48,751 nucleotides of DNA from the NCBI GenBank assembly GCA_016204535.1, contig JACQKL010000042.1:1-48751 (forward strand). The letters are read 5' to 3'. Position numbers and translations under genes: made by a program. Positions 8,935 through 17,135 of this stretch are shown here, piece by piece (the stretch's first letter is position 1; every line of letters begins with the position of its first letter). The stretch is from Candidatus Levyibacteriota bacterium (GTDB lineage: Bacteria; Patescibacteriota; Microgenomatia; Levybacterales; UBA12049). Under the pieces are notes generated by a model. The model made no database searches. It was not told the origin of the DNA and saw nothing but the letters and a program-made list of their open reading frames with translations.

Positions 8935-9908
8935 AAGCTACTGCAGTAGCGCCATCAAACATTGCCTTTATAAAATATTGGGGTAAAAAGGACGAAGTTT
9001 TAAGGCTTCCTGAAAACGGCAGTATTTCGATGAATTTAAGTAATCTTTTGACAACCACAACGGTTGAGTTTAATACAAGTTTTAAAGAAGATGAAATTAT
9101 CATCAATAATCAAAAAGAACCCAACGATGACAGCCGAGCGATTAAACATTTAGATAGGGTGAGGAAAATTGCAAAAATTAAGCAAAAGGCAAAAGTAGTT
9201 ACTCAAAATAATTTTCCAACCGGAACAGGTCTTTCTTCTTCCGCTTCCGGTTTTGCCGCATTAACTCTTACCGCAGCCAAAGCTGCTGGTTTAAACCTAT
9301 CAGAAAAAGAATTATCGATTTTGGCAAGACAAGGATCCGGATCTGCGTGCCGTTCTATTCCGGATGGATTTGTCGAATGGCTGGATGGGGATACAAGTGA
9401 AAGATCTTATGCAATTTCTTTATATAAGCCGGATTATTGGGATATTGTAGATGTGGTTGCGGTTGTCAGTCGTAATAAAAAAGAAGTGAGTACGACTGAA
9501 GGACAAAAATTAGCAAAATCCAGTCCTTTTTTTCCGGTAAGACTTAAAAATATAAAAGAAAAAATAAAATTAATTAAAAAATATTTAGCTAAAAAAGATT
9601 TTAAAAATTTTGGAGAATTGGTTGAAGGTGAAGCATTGGAGCTTCATTCAATAATGCTTACTTCAACTCCTTCTCTTATTTATCTACTCCCTGGAAGCTT
9701 GCATGTAATGCATATGGTAAAAAGATGGCGACAAGAAGGGTTGCCGGTTTATTTTACGGTGAACACAGGACAGGATATTCATTTAATTTGTCAAAAAAAA
9801 GATGCGCAAGAAGTAGTTAAAAGAGCAGAAACAATTTCAGAAGTTCAAAAAACGATCATTAATCTTCCCAGTCAAGGAGCATACCTTACCGAAAAACACT
9901 TATTTTAA
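8931..9908 (+). CDS. mvaD: diphosphomevalonate decarboxylase
   Basis: APSNIAFIKYWGK, GTGLSSSASGFAAL, ARQGSGSACRS. ATGA overlap with the preceding kinase. Confidence 0.85.
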   Translation: MKATAVAPSNIAFIKYWGKKDEVLRLPENGSISMNLSNLLTTTTVEFNTSFKEDEIIINNQKEPNDDSRAIKHLDRVRKIAKIKQKAKVVTQNNFPTGTGLSSSASGFAALTLTAAKAAGLNLSEKELSILARQGSGSACRSIPDGFVEWLDGDTSERSYAISLYKPDYWDIVDVVAVVSRNKKEVSTTEGQKLAKSSPFFPVRLKNIKEKIKLIKKYLAKKDFKNFGELVEGEALELHSIMLTSTPSLIYLLPGSLHVMHMVKRWRQEGLPVYFTVNTGQDIHLICQKKDAQEVVKRAETISEVQKTIINLPSQGAYLTEKHLF

Positions 9909-9912
9909 TTGA

Positions 9913-10611
9913 TTATTTTCCGAATCTTCTTTGTCTTTGAGCAAATTCTTCAACTGCCAATTCGATATCTTCATCTTTTAAATCCGGAAAATGTTTGTTG
10001 AGAAAAATATATTCTGCATAAGCTGCCTGCCAGATCATCAGTCCCGAAGTTCTTTGCTCACCGGAAGTTCTGATAATTAAATCAGGATTTGGATAGGGCT
10101 GGTTTGCAGTATCGAGAAATTGAGAAATAGCTTCCTCTGTCAAATTTTTCATTTTTAATTTTTCATTTTTAATTTTTTCTATTGCCCTTGTTATTTCATC
10201 CCTTCCTCCGTAATCAAGCGCGATATTTAAAACATAATTTTTAAAACCTTTTGTTTTTTCTTCCGAATCTTGAATTCTTTCTAATAGTTTTTTTGAAATT
10301 CTATCTTTCCTGCCAAGATGAATTATGCGGATTTTTTCCTTTAAAGCCTCTTTGAGATTTTTTTCAATAAAAGCTTCATACATTTTCATAAGATAATTTA
10401 CTTCTTCTTTAGTTCTGTTCCAATTTTCTGTTGAGAATGCCCACATGGTTAAAGTATGAACGCCAAGCGATCTTATCTTTCTTCCTATTTTTATTGCTAC
10501 CTCAAATCCCTTCTTGTGTCCTTCAAAGGTTGGTAAATTATGCTCTCTTGCCCACCTTCTATTCCCATCGGGGATGATTGCAATATGGTTTGGAGTGCTT
10601 TGAAGAGCCAT
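9913..10611 (-). CDS. uppS: undecaprenyl diphosphate synthase (cis-prenyltransferase)
   Basis: HIAIIPDGNRRWA and IRTSGEQRTSGLMIWQAAYAE. A minus-strand TATAAT at 10633-10628 overlaps the ORF-track ATG 10629, so ATG 10611 (MALQS) is preferred. Confidence 0.85.
   Translation of the reverse strand: MALQSTPNHIAIIPDGNRRWAREHNLPTFEGHKKGFEVAIKIGRKIRSLGVHTLTMWAFSTENWNRTKEEVNYLMKMYEAFIEKNLKEALKEKIRIIHLGRKDRISKKLLERIQDSEEKTKGFKNYVLNIALDYGGRDEITRAIEKIKNEKLKMKNLTEEAISQFLDTANQPYPNPDLIIRTSGEQRTSGLMIWQAAYAEYIFLNKHFPDLKDEDIELAVEEFAQRQRRFGK
10143..10177. repeat. heptanucleotide-periodic micro-array (AATTTTTCATTTTT x2.5) inside uppS
   Basis: A perfect 14-mer at 10143-10156 is repeated at 10157-10170, followed by AATTTTT. 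Encodes KIKNEKLKMKN in a variable region. Confidence 0.8.
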
Positions 10612-10663
10612 TCTTGGAGTATAACACATTATATTTGACAGGACTAGCTTTTTAAAAAGAGTG

Positions 10664-10672
10664 TGTTATAAT
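10664..10672 (+). promoter_or_regulatory. extended -10 promoter TGtTATAAT, leaderless start
   Basis: TATAAT 10667-10672 preceded by TGt. The A of ATG 10679 is exactly 7 nt after the hexamer. Confidence 0.5.
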
Positions 10673-10678
10673 ATCTAA

Positions 10679-11326
10679 ATGGCAGCAAGAAAAGGAATTA
10701 AGGAAGCATCGCCCGAGCTGACTAATCAGTCCTTATTAACGGATAAATTAAAAAAACCTAAGTTTTTTATACCCTTAATAGTTATTGTCTTGGCAGTTAT
10801 AGCATTTTTCCTAAAGGGTTTATTTATCGCGGCCTTAGTTAACGGACAACCAATTACCAGGCTTACTTTGATTGCGGAACTAGAAAAACAGGGAGGGAAA
10901 CAGGCTTTGACAGCGCTGGTTAATCAAAGTTTAATTTTGCAGGAAGCAAAGAAAAAGAATGTAAGTGTCAGCCAAAAAGAGCTTGATGCTGCGACAAAGC
11001 AAATAGAAGATAGTCTTAAAAAGCAGGGGCAAAGCCTGGATGCGGCATTGGCAATACAGGGATTTACAAAAGAGGATTTCTTAATGCAGATAAAACTTAA
11101 AACTTTAGTTGAAAAATTATTGGTATCGGAGATAAAAGTTACAGATAAAGAAGTTACAGATTATATAGAAAAAAATAAAAGCACTTTTCCAACTAACCTG
11201 AAAGAAGATGAAATTAAAAGGGAGGTAAAGCAGCAACTAGAACAGCAAAAGTTAGCAACTAAATCTCAGGAATGGATAGCCAATCTTAACAAAAACGCCA
11301 AAATAAACTACTTCGTAAACTACTAA
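10679..11326 (+). CDS. membrane-anchored SurA N-terminal-domain-like chaperone (no parvulin domain seen)
   Basis: N-terminal TM helix, then a helical region resembling SurA/PrsA N-domains (ALVNGQPITRLTL...LVNQSLILQEAKK). Confidence 0.45.
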   Translation: MAARKGIKEASPELTNQSLLTDKLKKPKFFIPLIVIVLAVIAFFLKGLFIAALVNGQPITRLTLIAELEKQGGKQALTALVNQSLILQEAKKKNVSVSQKELDAATKQIEDSLKKQGQSLDAALAIQGFTKEDFLMQIKLKTLVEKLLVSEIKVTDKEVTDYIEKNKSTFPTNLKEDEIKREVKQQLEQQKLATKSQEWIANLNKNAKINYFVNY

Positions 11327-11357
11327 TCAGTCCTTCGGCAAGCTCAGGACCTTCGGG

Positions 11358-11428
11358 TCGGGGCGCTGAGAATCGAACTCAGACCAAGCGACCCCCAGCC
11401 GCTCATTCTACCACTAAACTACGCCCCG
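11358..11428 (-). tRNA. tRNA-Pro (anticodon GGG), CCA not encoded
   Basis: Hand-folded cloverleaf. Acceptor CGGGGCG/CGCCCCG with C1-G72 and A73; D arm with GG; anticodon stem AGCGG/TCGCT; loop CTGGGGG (U33, GGG, G37); T arm CTGAG-TTCGATT-CTCAG. 71 nt. Confidence 0.85.
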
Positions 11429-11455
11429 CTGCGTAAAGCAGAATAATTTGATATA

Positions 11456-11483
11456 TTGCATTATAACAAAAAAGTATTACAAT
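11456..11483 (+). promoter_or_regulatory. candidate recA promoter TTGCAT-16-TACAAT
   Basis: TTGCAT 11456-11461, 16-nt spacer, TACAAT 11478-11483. The first ATG (11493) begins 10 nt after the hexamer. Confidence 0.4.
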
Positions 11484-11492
11484 TGGGACATT

Positions 11493-12566
11493 ATGACTAG
11501 GGTTCAACATTCTCAAAAGACAATTCCCAACAGCCATACCGAATCTTCGCAGAAGATGGCGGCTGTGAATTTGGCAATGGAGCAGATCGAGAAACAATAT
11601 GGAAGAGGTTCCATAATGCGTTTCGGAGAGGTCGGCGATAAGCTTGATATTTCGGTCATATCCACAGGCTGTCTTCCCTTGGATCTGGCGCTTGGGGTGG
11701 GTGGAGTGCCAAGAGGAAGAATTATAGAAATTTTTGGTCCCGAAGCGTCGGGGAAAACCACAATTTGTTTGTCAATTATTGCTCAAGCTCAAAAACATGG
11801 AGGCGTTGCAGCCTTCATTGATGCGGAACATGCGCTGGATCCAATCTGGGCGCAAAAACTTGGAGTTAAACTTGATGAGCTTTTGATTTCTCAGCCGGAT
11901 ACTGGGGAACAGGCTTTGGAAATTGCCGAAAGTTTAATTAGGTCTGGCGGAGTTGATGTATTGGTTATTGATTCTGTTGCAGCACTTGTTCCTCGGGCAG
12001 AAATTGAAGGCGAGATGGGAGATTCGATGATGGGACTTCAAGCGCGCCTCATGTCTCAGGCTTTGCGAAAATTAACCGGAGTAATCTCTAAATCAAAAAC
12101 AGTTGCAATTTTTACGAACCAGCTTAGGCAAAAAATTGGAGTGATGTTTGGAAACCCGGAAACAACAACCGGAGGTTTAGCTCTTAAGTTTTATGCCTCG
12201 ATGAGAATAGATGTGAGAAAAATAGAAACACTTAAAGACGGAGACAGGGTTGTTGGTTCTCGTCATAGAGCAAAGATTGTCAAGAATAAAGTTTCAGCGC
12301 CGTTTAGGATAGCAGAATTTGATGTTATGACAGACGGCGTATCTCGGGAAGGCGGAATAGTAGATGTTGGAGTAGAGATGGGAGTTATTGGAAAATCCGG
12401 AGCATTTTATAAATTTGGCGATTTAATGCTGGGGCAAGGAAAGGAAGCAACTAAGATGTTTCTCAAAGAGAAAACTGATGTAGCCAGAAAAATAGTGGAT
12501 GAAATTTTAAAGAAAAGCAAAACCTCAGCTAACCTTGTTCAACTTGGAGTAGAAGAAAAAGAGTAA
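11493..12566 (+). CDS. recA: recombinase RecA
   Basis: [15 protein letters not shown], Walker [33 protein letters not shown]. Start uncertain (ATG 11493 or 11556). The TTG 11448 extension is rejected because it overlaps the promoter. Confidence 0.9.
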   Translation: MTRVQHSQKTIPNSHTESSQKMAAVNLAMEQIEKQYGRGSIMRFGEVGDKLDISVISTGCLPLDLALGVGGVPRGRIIEIFGPEASGKTTICLSIIAQAQKHGGVAAFIDAEHALDPIWAQKLGVKLDELLISQPDTGEQALEIAESLIRSGGVDVLVIDSVAALVPRAEIEGEMGDSMMGLQARLMSQALRKLTGVISKSKTVAIFTNQLRQKIGVMFGNPETTTGGLALKFYASMRIDVRKIETLKDGDRVVGSRHRAKIVKNKVSAPFRIAEFDVMTDGVSREGGIVDVGVEMGVIGKSGAFYKFGDLMLGQGKEATKMFLKEKTDVARKIVDEILKKSKTSANLVQLGVEEKE

Positions 12567-12576
12567 CGTCTTATAG

Positions 12577-12605
12577 TTGTTTGATTTGCAGTTTTCTGCT
12601 ATACT
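12577..12605 (+). promoter_or_regulatory. promoter TTGTTT-17-(TGc)TATACT, leaderless start
   Basis: TATACT 12600-12605 preceded by TGc. The A of ATG 12612 is 7 nt after the hexamer. Confidence 0.5.
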
Positions 12606-12611
12606 TGCCTC

Positions 12612-13739
12612 ATGAGCTTAGAGCGAAGTTTTTCTCCCGAACAAAAAGCACCCCCAAAACCGCATTGTTTATTTATCTCCGGCGGAACGGGAACATATGC
12701 TGGAATTAGGGGAATAGAAAAAGGCTTAGAGGTATCATATGGTGATCGCAAAGTAGACGTATTTAATTCAATATTTTCCACTGATCCTCCAAATCCTAAA
12801 CGTTTTGAGCAAATGGCAGATGTAATTGAAGATTGTGCAAAGGATGGCTTGGATATTATTGCTCATTCGCTTGGTGCAGCTGAGCTAAAAAAGGCAATAG
12901 ATGTAGTTAAAAAAAGAGACAAAGCGTTTTTTGAAAATAGAGAAAATACCTCAAATATTCATATTGTCTTAATTTCTCCGAGTGGTTTTCTGAAAGGAAT
13001 TGATGGGCCGTTTAGATTTTTGTCAAGAACAATACGTTTTTCCAGAGAACAAGCAGATATGGGCGCACTTTCTAAATCAAACACTCTTTTAAGAGGAATT
13101 GATGCTCTTACTGCTTTTCCACCTGATGGTATTCCTTCAGAAGAGTTGATGTTGGCATTAAGAAAGGCAATGCCTGAACTGTCTCAGTACATGGAAAATC
13201 AAAAAAGCTTTTCATTGGTAACACTTACTTCGGAAGAAGGTTTTACTTCTCATCTTTCAGATCTTCAAAAAGGAGAGATGAAGATCTACGGAGAGTCGAT
13301 TCGCTTGGCAATAAAAAACAGAAATTATGAAGGCTTGAGGAATTTAGTGAAAGCATATGGAGAGAAATTAAGGAAACCATTGGCTAAAATACATGCAGGT
13401 AGCTTGGAGCCCGAAAAAAAGCAAATTGAAGAGACACTGCTAGAAGCAAAGAATGTTTTTGTTATGATAGGGGGCTATATCAAATTGCTCGATACCCTTA
13501 TAAAGGGATTTGGAAGTAAAACAATGGAGGAAATTGCAGATCTTGAGAAAAAAGGTGTAAAAGTAGATTTAGTTATCTCAGAATATGATATTTTCATGAG
13601 ACTTAAAGAAGCAATCGCTTTCTTTAATGGACTATCAAATAACACTTCACGAAAGGTACATTTAGTACAAGGGGTGACACATGCCTTTCCTGTATTAAGA
13701 GTAAAAGGATTTGGAGAAAAAATAAAGAACCTTAACTAA
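12612..13739 (+). CDS. alpha/beta-hydrolase-fold serine hydrolase with a large helical insert, function unknown
   Basis: HCLFISGG strand, nucleophile elbow IIAHSLGAAE, C-terminal ISEYD and GVTHAFP (candidate Asp/His). Confidence 0.5.
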   Translation: MSLERSFSPEQKAPPKPHCLFISGGTGTYAGIRGIEKGLEVSYGDRKVDVFNSIFSTDPPNPKRFEQMADVIEDCAKDGLDIIAHSLGAAELKKAIDVVKKRDKAFFENRENTSNIHIVLISPSGFLKGIDGPFRFLSRTIRFSREQADMGALSKSNTLLRGIDALTAFPPDGIPSEELMLALRKAMPELSQYMENQKSFSLVTLTSEEGFTSHLSDLQKGEMKIYGESIRLAIKNRNYEGLRNLVKAYGEKLRKPLAKIHAGSLEPEKKQIEETLLEAKNVFVMIGGYIKLLDTLIKGFGSKTMEEIADLEKKGVKVDLVISEYDIFMRLKEAIAFFNGLSNNTSRKVHLVQGVTHAFPVLRVKGFGEKIKNLN

Positions 13740-13754
13740 AGCAATATTTGATGA

Positions 13755-13763
13755 TGCTATAAT
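13755..13763 (+). promoter_or_regulatory. extended -10 promoter TGcTATAAT, leaderless start
   Basis: TATAAT 13758-13763. The A of the recX ATG at 13770 is 7 nt after the hexamer. Confidence 0.5.
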
Positions 13764-13769
13764 GCTTTC

Positions 13770-14315
13770 ATGGCAGATTCAGTAGATCAAGATTTTGAGA
13801 AGTTTTATAATAAGGCGCTGAAGTTTTTATCTTATCGGCCAAGGTCGGAGAAAGAGGTTGGAGACCGATTAAGAATCAGGAATCAGGAATCAGGAATCAG
13901 GAATTTAGACTTACTGATTGATCAAGTTATTCAAAAACTCAAAGAATATAATTTTCTCAGTGATTTAGGGTTTGCAAAAAAGTGGATTGAGGAAAGAAGA
14001 CGGCTTAAGCCACGCAGTTTACGTTTGATAAAATTAGAGCTAAGAAGAAAAGGAATCTCGGAAGAAATTATCGAAAGCATTATTCACGATTCAAGATTCA
14101 TGATTCAAAGCGATTTGGAGCAGGCAAAGATTCTTGTTCAAAAGAGGCTGCAAAGGCTTAAAGGTTTGCCAACCGAGGAAATATTTCAAAAGTTGGGGCG
14201 ATATTTGGTAGCAAGAGGATTTGATTGGGATACGATCAAAAAAGCAATTGATCCCGTTAGAAGTCAGAGTAAAGAAGATTTAGATAGAGATAAAAATCCA
14301 CATGAAGACCTCTAA
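13770..14315 (+). CDS. recX: recombination regulator RecX
   Basis: YNKALKFLSYRPRSEKEV and repeated three-helix units (FLSDLGFAKKWIEERR, LRRKGISEEII, LVARGFDWDTIKKAI). Confidence 0.8.
   Translation: MADSVDQDFEKFYNKALKFLSYRPRSEKEVGDRLRIRNQESGIRNLDLLIDQVIQKLKEYNFLSDLGFAKKWIEERRRLKPRSLRLIKLELRRKGISEEIIESIIHDSRFMIQSDLEQAKILVQKRLQRLKGLPTEEIFQKLGRYLVARGFDWDTIKKAIDPVRSQSKEDLDRDKNPHEDL
13873..13904. repeat. heptanucleotide tandem array (GAATCAG)x4.6 inside recX
   Basis: Perfect copies at 13873-79, 13880-86, 13887-93 and 13894-13900, plus GAAT. Encodes RIRNQESGIRN. Confidence 0.9.
14082..14109. repeat. heptanucleotide array (ATTCANN)x4 inside recX, inverted relative to 13873-13904
   Basis: ATTCACG ATTCAAG ATTCATG ATTCAAA. 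The reverse complement reads GAATCNN units, complementary to the first array at about 20 of 25 positions. Confidence 0.8.
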
Positions 14316-14320
14316 CGGGA

Positions 14321-14350
14321 TTGACGAAGTGTTACGCAAAGTAGTATAAT
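14321..14350 (+). promoter_or_regulatory. near-consensus promoter TTGACG-18-TATAAT upstream of rny
   Basis: TTGACG 14321-14326, TATAAT 14345-14350. Predicts a leader of about 100 nt. Confidence 0.55.
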
Positions 14351-14376
14351 TGTTTTAGTAGACTTGAGGTTAATCT

Positions 14377-14415
14377 ATGAGAAGAAATATTTTTATTTCC
14401 TCTTTCAAGATTTAA
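14377..14415 (+). other. candidate leader micro-ORF (MRRNIFISSFKI) followed by a hairpin 14416-14437
   Basis: GAGGT 14366-14370 lies 6 nt before ATG 14377. Stop at 14413-14415. Then CCTTCC-TTTA-GGAAGG (14418-14433) and a pyrimidine-rich tract. Confidence 0.25.
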
Positions 14416-14459
14416 AACCTTCCTTTAGGAAGGGTTTCCTCTGGTCTTCTTAATTTAAC

Positions 14460-15725
14460 ATGAATCAAAATCAGGATTTAATTCAGCTTGAAAAAAGACT
14501 TCTGGAAAAGGAAGAAAGGTTGGAACGCGAAAAAGAAGCTCTGGAAAAAGAAAAACAGGAGCTATCAAGAAAAAAAGATGAATATTCCACAAAACTTCAA
14601 AAAGTATCAGGGTTAACATCGGAAGAGGCAAAAAAAGAACTACTTCGGGAGACAGAGGAAAAAGAAGCCCAAACTATAGCAAGGCTTATTAAAGAAAAAG
14701 AAGAAGAGGCAAAGAGAATCGCCTCTAAAAAAGCACAGGATATTTTAGTAGATAGCATGCGCCATGGAGCTTTGGATTATATTGCCGAATACACAGTCTC
14801 GACGGTCAAAATCGAATCTGAGGAAATAAAGGGGAGAATTATTGGAAAAGAAGGAAGAAATATTCGAGCCTTCGAACAGGCAACCGGAGTCGATGTGGAT
14901 TTGGATGAAGAAGGAATAATTAGACTCTCATGTTTTGACTCTGTCCGTAGAGAAACTGCCAAAAGAGCTCTCGAAAAACTTCTGAAAGACACCAGGATTC
15001 AGCCGTTTAGAATAGAAGAAATTGTTTCTCAGACAAAAAAAGAAATAGATAAAGTGATGTTTGAAGAGGGAGAAAAAATAGCACATACTGCTGGCGTTTT
15101 TAATCTGCCGGTAGAACTCATGTCTATTTTGGGCCGTTTTAAATTCAGAACTTCTTATGGGCAAAATCTGGTTGTTCATACTCTTGAAGAAACAAAAATT
15201 GGAATACATATTGCCTCGGAAGTTGGAGCAGACGCTAATATCGTAAGACTAGGTTGTCTTTTTCATGATATTGGTAAAGTAGTTGAGGGGGAAGGAAGCC
15301 ATGTAAAGTTAGGCGTTGATCTTTTAAAACGGTTTAATATGCCGGAAAAAATTATTAATTGTGTTGCCGAACATCATGAAGATAAGCCCTTTTCATCAAT
15401 AGAATCGGTTATTGTTTCAATTGCCGATTCTATCTCGGGAGCCCGTCCTGGTGCCCGATACGAAGACGTAGAAGGATACACGAAAAGACTAAAAGATATG
15501 GAAGAGATTGCCAAAAAATATGAAGGTGTTGACGATGCATACGCATTTGAAGCAGGTCGCGAGTTGCGAGTTATCATAAATCCAGGTAGGCTCGATGATG
15601 CGGAAACTTTAATTACTGCCAATAAAATAAGAGAAGAAGTCAGCCGGTCTTTGGCAGTTCCTGGAGAAGTTAAAGTTACTGCAATTAGAGAATTCCGCGC
15701 AGTCTCCTCCGAAACTTCGATATAA
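14460..15725 (+). CDS. rny: ribonuclease Y (KH + HD domains), without the N-terminal membrane anchor
   Basis: KGRIIGKEGRNIRAFEQATGVD (KH), LFHDIGK...GSHVKLG...EHHED (HD), PGEVKVTAIRE. An in-frame stop at 14451-14453 excludes an N-terminal extension. Confidence 0.9.
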   Translation: MNQNQDLIQLEKRLLEKEERLEREKEALEKEKQELSRKKDEYSTKLQKVSGLTSEEAKKELLRETEEKEAQTIARLIKEKEEEAKRIASKKAQDILVDSMRHGALDYIAEYTVSTVKIESEEIKGRIIGKEGRNIRAFEQATGVDVDLDEEGIIRLSCFDSVRRETAKRALEKLLKDTRIQPFRIEEIVSQTKKEIDKVMFEEGEKIAHTAGVFNLPVELMSILGRFKFRTSYGQNLVVHTLEETKIGIHIASEVGADANIVRLGCLFHDIGKVVEGEGSHVKLGVDLLKRFNMPEKIINCVAEHHEDKPFSSIESVIVSIADSISGARPGARYEDVEGYTKRLKDMEEIAKKYEGVDDAYAFEAGRELRVIINPGRLDDAETLITANKIREEVSRSLAVPGEVKVTAIREFRAVSSETSI

Positions 15726-15736
15726 ATATTGATCCC

Positions 15737-15765
15737 TTGACAACTTTTCGTTTTCATTGTATTTT
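15737..15765 (+). promoter_or_regulatory. candidate promoter TTGACA-17-TATTTT upstream of HU
   Basis: TTGACA 15737-15742, TATTTT 15760-15765. SD-like GGTGGTGA lies before ATG 15813. Confidence 0.45.
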
Positions 15766-15812
15766 TAAGCTAATCTATTGAATATTTTGCCCAGATTGGT
15801 GGTGATAAATAA

Positions 15813-16085
15813 ATGACAAAAAGAGAATTAATAGAAATTGTAGCTAAAAAAGCCAATTTAACCAATAAAGCAGCCAGAGATGCTGTTCAATCAGTTGTTA
15901 ACTCTATTAGAGATGCTTTAAAACGAGGAGAAAAAGTGGTTATTACTGGATTTGGAACATTTTCTGTTCGTAAAAGAGTTGAGCGAGTTGGTCGCAATCC
16001 AAAAACCGGTGCAAAAATAACTATTCCAGCCAGAAAGGCTCCCGGATTTACACCAGGCAAAACACTTAAAAAAGTGGTAAGATAA
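15813..16085 (+). CDS. hup: DNA-binding protein HU
   Basis: 90 aa: MTKRELIEIVAKK..., GFGTFSVRKRVERVGRNPKTGAKITIPARKAPGF. Confidence 0.9.
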   Translation: MTKRELIEIVAKKANLTNKAARDAVQSVVNSIRDALKRGEKVVITGFGTFSVRKRVERVGRNPKTGAKITIPARKAPGFTPGKTLKKVVR

Positions 16086-16106
16086 AGCACAGGAGAGAAT
16101 ACTGGA

Positions 16107-17135
16107 ATGACGATCAGGGTCAGAGCTGCCTTTTTTATCTTTTTGGCACTTTTTTCTTTATGGTTTCTATATATTGAAAGAGCTATTCTTGCTCCATTTG
16201 TTTTAGGAATTATATTTGCCTATATTTTTAATCCCGTTATTAATTTTTTTTATCGCTACATAAAGCTTCCTAGGACTTTTTCCATAGTAGTGATATATCT
16301 TGTTATTGTAAGTTTGGTTATTTTTCTGGGAATTGTTTTAACCAGACAAATTACAAATGAATCATCAGAGCTGATAAATTTTATCGATAAACTACCTCAA
16401 AATACAGAAAATCAAATAAGCACTTTACCTTTCTTAATCAAGCCAATAGCGCAAGATGCACTGTCTTTCCTAGAAAAACCAAACCCTATTTCTTCGGTTT
16501 CGGTATTCAATTTTTTTCCAAAAGCAATAAGCAGTATAATCGGTTTGTTCATTTTTCTTTTTTCCGGATTTTATTTTCTTAAAGACGGACGGACAATTTT
16601 CAAAAGGCTCATCAACTTAGCACCAAGTAGCTATAAGAATGATTTAGAATTTTTATCATCAAGAATTAATAATGTATTAGGAAGTTATCTTAGGGGACAA
16701 ATCTTCATGGTCTTTTTAGTTTCGCTCGCGCTTTATATTGCTTTGGCGATTGTCGGCGTAAAATTTGCTCTAATTCTAGCTATTTTTTCCGGGTTTGCGG
16801 AGATAGTTCCGATTATTGGACCAATTTTTGCCGGAGCAGTAGGTGCTTTAGTTGCGCTATTGAGCAATAATTTGTCGTTTGGCTTAAACAATCTACAAGG
16901 GGCAATTGTTGTAATAATAATTTATTTTGTTGTTCGTCAAATTCAAGATTATTTCATTGCACCCGGAATTATGGGTAGGATCGTCAGACTTCATCCTCTA
17001 ATTATACTTTTTTCGGTTTTGGCTGGTGAACACATTTGGGGAATATTAGGCGTTATCTTGGCTGTTCCAATTGCGGGTATTGTTCGAATTCTTCTTGAAT
17101 TTTCAATTGCAAAAATAAATAAAGAAAAATCCTAG
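16107..17135 (+). CDS. AI-2E family transporter (PerM/UPF0118-type permease)
   Basis: 342 aa polytopic membrane protein with typical family layout (FYFLKDG, GFAEIVPIIGP, VRQIQDYFIAP). Confidence 0.7.
   Translation: MTIRVRAAFFIFLALFSLWFLYIERAILAPFVLGIIFAYIFNPVINFFYRYIKLPRTFSIVVIYLVIVSLVIFLGIVLTRQITNESSELINFIDKLPQNTENQISTLPFLIKPIAQDALSFLEKPNPISSVSVFNFFPKAISSIIGLFIFLFSGFYFLKDGRTIFKRLINLAPSSYKNDLEFLSSRINNVLGSYLRGQIFMVFLVSLALYIALAIVGVKFALILAIFSGFAEIVPIIGPIFAGAVGALVALLSNNLSFGLNNLQGAIVVIIIYFVVRQIQDYFIAPGIMGRIVRLHPLIILFSVLAGEHIWGILGVILAVPIAGIVRILLEFSIAKINKEKS

Noticed and set aside
348-11347. Identical 15-mer CTTCGGCAAGCTCAG at 348-362 (sigma gene C-terminus) and 11333-11347 (hairpin next to tRNA-Pro). 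Both are flanked by short complementary arms (TACT/AGTA and GTCCT/AGGAC).
   Set aside because: Only two copies were found. A 15-nt match is expected by chance roughly once or twice in about 49 kb compared on both strands under uniform composition. One copy is coding and the flanking stems are only 4-5 bp. Worth a genome-wide count but not reportable as a feature.
11328-11359. Hairpins between the SurA-like gene and tRNA-Pro (GTCCT...AGGAC, GACC-TTCG-GGTC) as a dedicated regulatory element
   Set aside because: They are most simply a shared bidirectional terminator or processing region for the convergent CDS and tRNA. The stems are short and the second overlaps the tRNA 3-prime end.
13873-14109. 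The two inverted recX arrays as terminal repeats of an in-frame miniature mobile element (span 237 bp = 79 codons)
   Set aside because: The intervening sequence encodes canonical RecX helical repeats (FLSDLGFAKKWIEERR, LRRKGISEEII). Removing it would leave a protein too short to be RecX.
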